Below are positions 60,914 through 64,000 of a stretch of DNA of 64,000 nt, in pieces. Each line of letters begins with the position of its first letter. The first letter of the stretch is position 1. The position numbers and the translations under genes were made by a program. Under the pieces are notes generated by a model. The model saw nothing but the letters and a program-made list of their open reading frames with translations. It ran no database searches and was not told the DNA's origin. The DNA is taken from contig VXOG01000091.1 in assembly GCA_009840165.1 (NCBI GenBank), forward strand, positions 7,914 to 71,913. The letters are read 5' to 3'. The DNA is from Chloroflexota bacterium (lineage in GTDB: Bacteria > Chloroflexota > Dehalococcoidia > Lucifugimonadales > UBA3495).

Positions 60914-61844
60914 TAGCCAGCTTTCCCTGCTCCCTGTCAACGATGTCGCTGTCGACACCGTAGGTCCGTCACGTCCCATTCGCATCGGCCATGCCGACGT
61001 CGACTACGCTCCCGCCCGTGAAATCCTAACCCGTGCCACCGGGTTCATGGACGCCTACGACTTCACTCTGAACCCGTACAGCGGCTGCTCATTCGGTTGC
61101 GCTTACTGTTATGCTGCCTTTTTCAGCCGGAACGAGGAAAAGCGCGATTCGTGGGGCGAGTGGGTAAATGTCAAGGAGAATGCTGTTGCATTGATGGCCA
61201 AGCGCAGGCCCGGCTCCCTGGACGGCAAGCTCATCTACATGAGCAGCGTCACCGACCCCTACCAGCCGGTGGAGCGGGAGTTGAATCTGACCCGTGGCAT
61301 TCTGGAAATCATGGCGGAACGGCACAAGCCCAAGCTGGTCGTCCAAACGCGCAGCCCGTTGGTAGCGCGCGATTGCGATCTGCTCCGCCAGATTGAGGAT
61401 AAAGGTGGCCGTGTTCAGGTCAACATGACCGTTACCACAGACGACGAGGACATACGCCGCAAATTTGAACCTTACTGCCCAGGGAATCACCGCCGGCTAG
61501 AGGCCACCAAAGAGGTGCAGGCCGCCGGAATTGACACCTGCATCACGATGACGCCGCTGCTGCTGGTCAACAACAACGGCGACTTTGCTGACGAGCTAAT
61601 TGGCACTGGGGTGACCAAGTTCATCGCGCAGCCGTTCCATTTTGTACGGGGCAAGTTTGTGGCGAGCACGCGCGAGGGCGCGCTCTCCCTGATGGCTGAA
61701 AAATTGGGCTGCGGACGGGATGATTTCGGGCCAGAGTACCTGGGACGGTATCAGGAGTTCTTTGAGATTCTGAACAACCGATTGCTCGACAATGGCCTGC
61801 CCCCACTGGGCGAGGGCAAAGATGGGTTCGCGCCACCCTTCTGA
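60903..61844 (+). CDS. Radical SAM protein, SplB/PA0069-like (COG1533-type)
   Basis: 313 aa with GTG start, overlapping the upstream gene by 11 nt. YDFTLNPYSGCSFGCAYCYAAFF (CxxxCxxC); SSVTDPYQP; VVQTRSPL. Confidence 0.75.
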   Translation: MTADSQLSLLPVNDVAVDTVGPSRPIRIGHADVDYAPAREILTRATGFMDAYDFTLNPYSGCSFGCAYCYAAFFSRNEEKRDSWGEWVNVKENAVALMAKRRPGSLDGKLIYMSSVTDPYQPVERELNLTRGILEIMAERHKPKLVVQTRSPLVARDCDLLRQIEDKGGRVQVNMTVTTDDEDIRRKFEPYCPGNHRRLEATKEVQAAGIDTCITMTPLLLVNNNGDFADELIGTGVTKFIAQPFHFVRGKFVASTREGALSLMAEKLGCGRDDFGPEYLGRYQEFFEILNNRLLDNGLPPLGEGKDGFAPPF

Positions 61845-61957
61845 ACCCCGCACCCGATGACGCTATCAATGGGCACGCTCGCTAGTGCGGGCAAGTGAAA
61901 TATAGGTAGGGCAGGGCACAGGGCCCGTCCCTACTAACGTCTGCGAGTGTGACGAGA

Positions 61958-62191
61958 TCAGTCGGCGGTCGCGGCGGCCGGTTCCGTCGTCTCGGTTCCT
62001 TTGGCGGCAAGCTGGCGGGCCGCGTGCGTTTGCTCGTGGTCGAAGTAGTTGGCGAGCATTGACTCGCCTACTGCCCGGTCTTCGGCATCGTTGGACTGTA
62101 GCAGGTAGATGCAGTCCTGGTACAAGCCAGCGGCAAAGTCGGGGTTATTGCGTATATCCTCTCGGACAAGTTCGCGAAAATCACGCGCCAT
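61958..62191 (-). CDS. Small antitoxin-like protein, copy 2 (77 aa)
   Basis: MARDFRELVREDIRNNPDFAAGLYQDCIYLLQSNDAEDRAVGESMLANYF... Paralogue of 62205..62429. Confidence 0.5.
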   Translation of the reverse strand: MARDFRELVREDIRNNPDFAAGLYQDCIYLLQSNDAEDRAVGESMLANYFDHEQTHAARQLAAKGTETTEPAAATAD

Positions 62192-62204
62192 GGTTTGCTT
62201 CTCG

Positions 62205-62429
62205 CTAGTTAGCGGCATTGCTCGCCGGCTCGACAGGAGTGTCGGCTTCCAGCCGCGCCGCGCGCAATGCGTCTGCGCCGAAGTAGTTGCGCAGCATGGA
62301 CTCGCCATCACGCCGGTCTTCGACGTCGCTTGACTGCAACAGGTCGGTACAGTATTGGTACAGCCCGTTGCCGAAATCACTGTCCGCTGCGATGCGTTCT
62401 TTGATAAATTCCCGATAGTCCCGTGTCAT
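62205..62429 (-). CDS. Small antitoxin-like protein, copy 1 (74 aa)
   Basis: aggaggg RBS. MTRDYREFIKERIAADSDFGNGLYQYCTDLLQSSDVEDRRDGESMLRNYF... Lies 25 nt downstream of the toxin gene. No HTH recognisable. Confidence 0.5.
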   Translation of the reverse strand: MTRDYREFIKERIAADSDFGNGLYQYCTDLLQSSDVEDRRDGESMLRNYFGADALRAARLEADTPVEPASNAAN

Positions 62430-62454
62430 AAGCCCTCCTGGCCCGAGCACAGCC

Positions 62455-62757
62455 CTATTGGTAACTCTGCCACACTTGATAGGCTCTTTCAATATCTCTG
62501 CGCTGGCTGGATTTGTCGCCGCCGCCCAGCAGGATGATTAATGCAGGGCCATCCCTAGCGAAGTAAATTCGTACTCCGCCACCGTAGGTTTCCCGACGCT
62601 CGTGAACACCGGGAAACCCTCTAATTGGACTGTGATGGCCCAAGTTGCCATCCCGCATACGGTCGATAGACCGCGCCACACGATTTGCGATGGACTGGTC
62701 CAAAGTGCGATGCCAAGTCTCAAACTGCGCTGTGGTGCGTACTTCGTACTGCATCAA
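62455..62757 (-). CDS. RelE/ParE-superfamily addiction-module killer protein (HI1419-type)
   Basis: 100 aa. FETWHRTLDQSIANRVARSIDRMRDGNLGHHSPIRGFPGVHERRETYGGGVRIYFARDGPALIILLGGGDKSSQRRDIERA. Confidence 0.75.
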   Translation of the reverse strand: MMQYEVRTTAQFETWHRTLDQSIANRVARSIDRMRDGNLGHHSPIRGFPGVHERRETYGGGVRIYFARDGPALIILLGGGDKSSQRRDIERAYQVWQSYQ

Positions 62758-62788
62758 TCATGGCAAACCGATTATTGGTTGGGCCGAA

Positions 62789-63997
62789 CTAATCTGCCGT
62801 AGTTGTTGCGGTCTCCGCGGCGGTGGCGCTGTTCACGATGGGTTGGTTGGTGCGGGGGTCCACCTCGAAGGGGGAGTAGAGTTCCAGTTCCTTGCCCATC
62901 TCGCGGACGGCGGGGATGACCTCTTCGCCCATGAGCCGCAGGCTGCGCATCTGGTCCTCGTGGGTCATGGCGCCGTCGCCGTCCCAGAAGAACACGGAAC
63001 CCGGGCGCAGGTATTCCAGCACCTCGCGGATCTTGGGAATGACCGTCTTGGGGGTGCCGGTGATGATGGTGCTGTCGGCGACCTGGTCCTCGAAGGGCCG
63101 GCGGTTGGTGCCGAAGCGTCCGGCGGGGCCGAAGGCGGCGGCGGACAGTCGGCGAGAGGTGCGGGACGTGTGGCCCGGCAAGTTCATGATGGCGGGGTTG
63201 ATGCCGCCCTCGTTGCCGGCCAGGAAGGGGTTGCTGACGCCGGACAGGTACTTGCGGCCCACTTCCTCGGCCAGCTCCTCGGTCTCGTCAACGTGCACTT
63301 TCCACAGGTAGGCGACGTTCTGGGTGCCGGACTCATAGCCGCACTCGGCGGCGGTGTCGTGGTAGAGCTGGAAGGCTTCGCGGGTGGGCTCCAGCCGGGT
63401 GGCGAGCAGGACCAGCGGATAGCGATGCTCGGCGCACCACTTCACGGTCTCGACGGACACGGTGGACGGAATCCAGATCTGCGGATGGGGTTCCTGCAGC
63501 GGCTTGGCCCAGGGGTTGACGTAGCGATAGTGGAAGTGCTTGCCCTCCCAGCGCCAGGGGCCGGGCTCGGTCCACGCCTTGATGATGAGGTCGTGGGCCT
63601 CCTCGAACCGCTCGCGGTTGAAGTTGGGCGGCGAGTTGTGGGACCAACTCTCACGTCCACCGCCGCGCACGAAGCCGGACACCAAGCGGCCGTGGGAGAT
63701 CATGTCGATCATCGACAGTTGCTCGGCCAGCCACAGCGGGTCATCCCAGATGGGCAGCACGTTGCCCAGGATGATGATCTTCACCTTCTCGGTGATGCGG
63801 GCCAGGATGGACGCGCCGACGTTGGTGACGCCCTGCATGCAGAACGGCGTCGAGTGGTGCTCGTTAAGCATCACGGCGTCGAAGCCCATCTGCTCCGCAT
63901 AGACTTTTTCGTCCAGGTAGCGGTTGTAAAGCTGGGCGCCGATGTCGGGGCGGTAGTGGCTGTTGGAGATGCCCAGGTCGGTGCTCTGGGTGCCCAT
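62789..63997 (-). CDS. Luciferase-like monooxygenase family flavin-dependent oxidoreductase
   Basis: 402 aa. AEQMGFDAVMLNEHHSTPFCMQGVTNVGASILA... The start is close to the window edge and could lie further upstream. Confidence 0.8.
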   Translation of the reverse strand: MGTQSTDLGISNSHYRPDIGAQLYNRYLDEKVYAEQMGFDAVMLNEHHSTPFCMQGVTNVGASILARITEKVKIIILGNVLPIWDDPLWLAEQLSMIDMISHGRLVSGFVRGGGRESWSHNSPPNFNRERFEEAHDLIIKAWTEPGPWRWEGKHFHYRYVNPWAKPLQEPHPQIWIPSTVSVETVKWCAEHRYPLVLLATRLEPTREAFQLYHDTAAECGYESGTQNVAYLWKVHVDETEELAEEVGRKYLSGVSNPFLAGNEGGINPAIMNLPGHTSRTSRRLSAAAFGPAGRFGTNRRPFEDQVADSTIITGTPKTVIPKIREVLEYLRPGSVFFWDGDGAMTHEDQMRSLRLMGEEVIPAVREMGKELELYSPFEVDPRTNQPIVNSATAAETATTTAD

Positions 63998-64000
63998 GAG

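Overview
High-GC (about 60-65% by eye) bacterial chromosome segment. It is dominated by catabolic and housekeeping paralogue families. These include three luciferase-like/F420-type oxidoreductases, two family-III CoA-transferases, two SDRs, a crotonase, an M20 peptidase, an amidase, an aldehyde dehydrogenase, a phnDCEE phosphonate importer, and a dpp/opp-type importer with two binding proteins. Also present are argH, rpe, hisH/hisA, rpmB, rplY, a dnaJ 5' part and one tRNA-Pro(GGG). The gene content and the many short palindromic intergenic repeats suggest a Chloroflexota (SAR202-like) genome; this is inference only.

Small islets sit between the core genes and look lower in GC (about 50%, by eye, not computed). 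They carry accessory or selfish-looking genes:
- a DNA methyltransferase-HNH fusion next to a decayed IS630 copy
- an HsdR_N nuclease cassette bounded by a perfect 37-bp direct repeat
- a DUF4365 + DUF4268 nuclease pair
- an MmcB-like nuclease
- an NTase-HEPN fusion
- a DTGF retropepsin pair wedged between hisH and hisA
- a membrane-anchored methyltransferase-like protein with a SplB/PA0069-like radical SAM enzyme
- a RelE-type toxin with two tandem antitoxin-like genes

The most notable single observations are:
- a DUF3179 gene whose conserved motif cysteine is replaced by an in-frame UGA followed by a hairpin (candidate selenoprotein)
- a squalene-hopene cyclase homologue with an in-frame deletion of its catalytic core
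- at least five families of dispersed palindromic repeats

No CRISPR array and no rRNA were seen. All family assignments come from motif recognition by eye and need HMM or BLAST confirmation.
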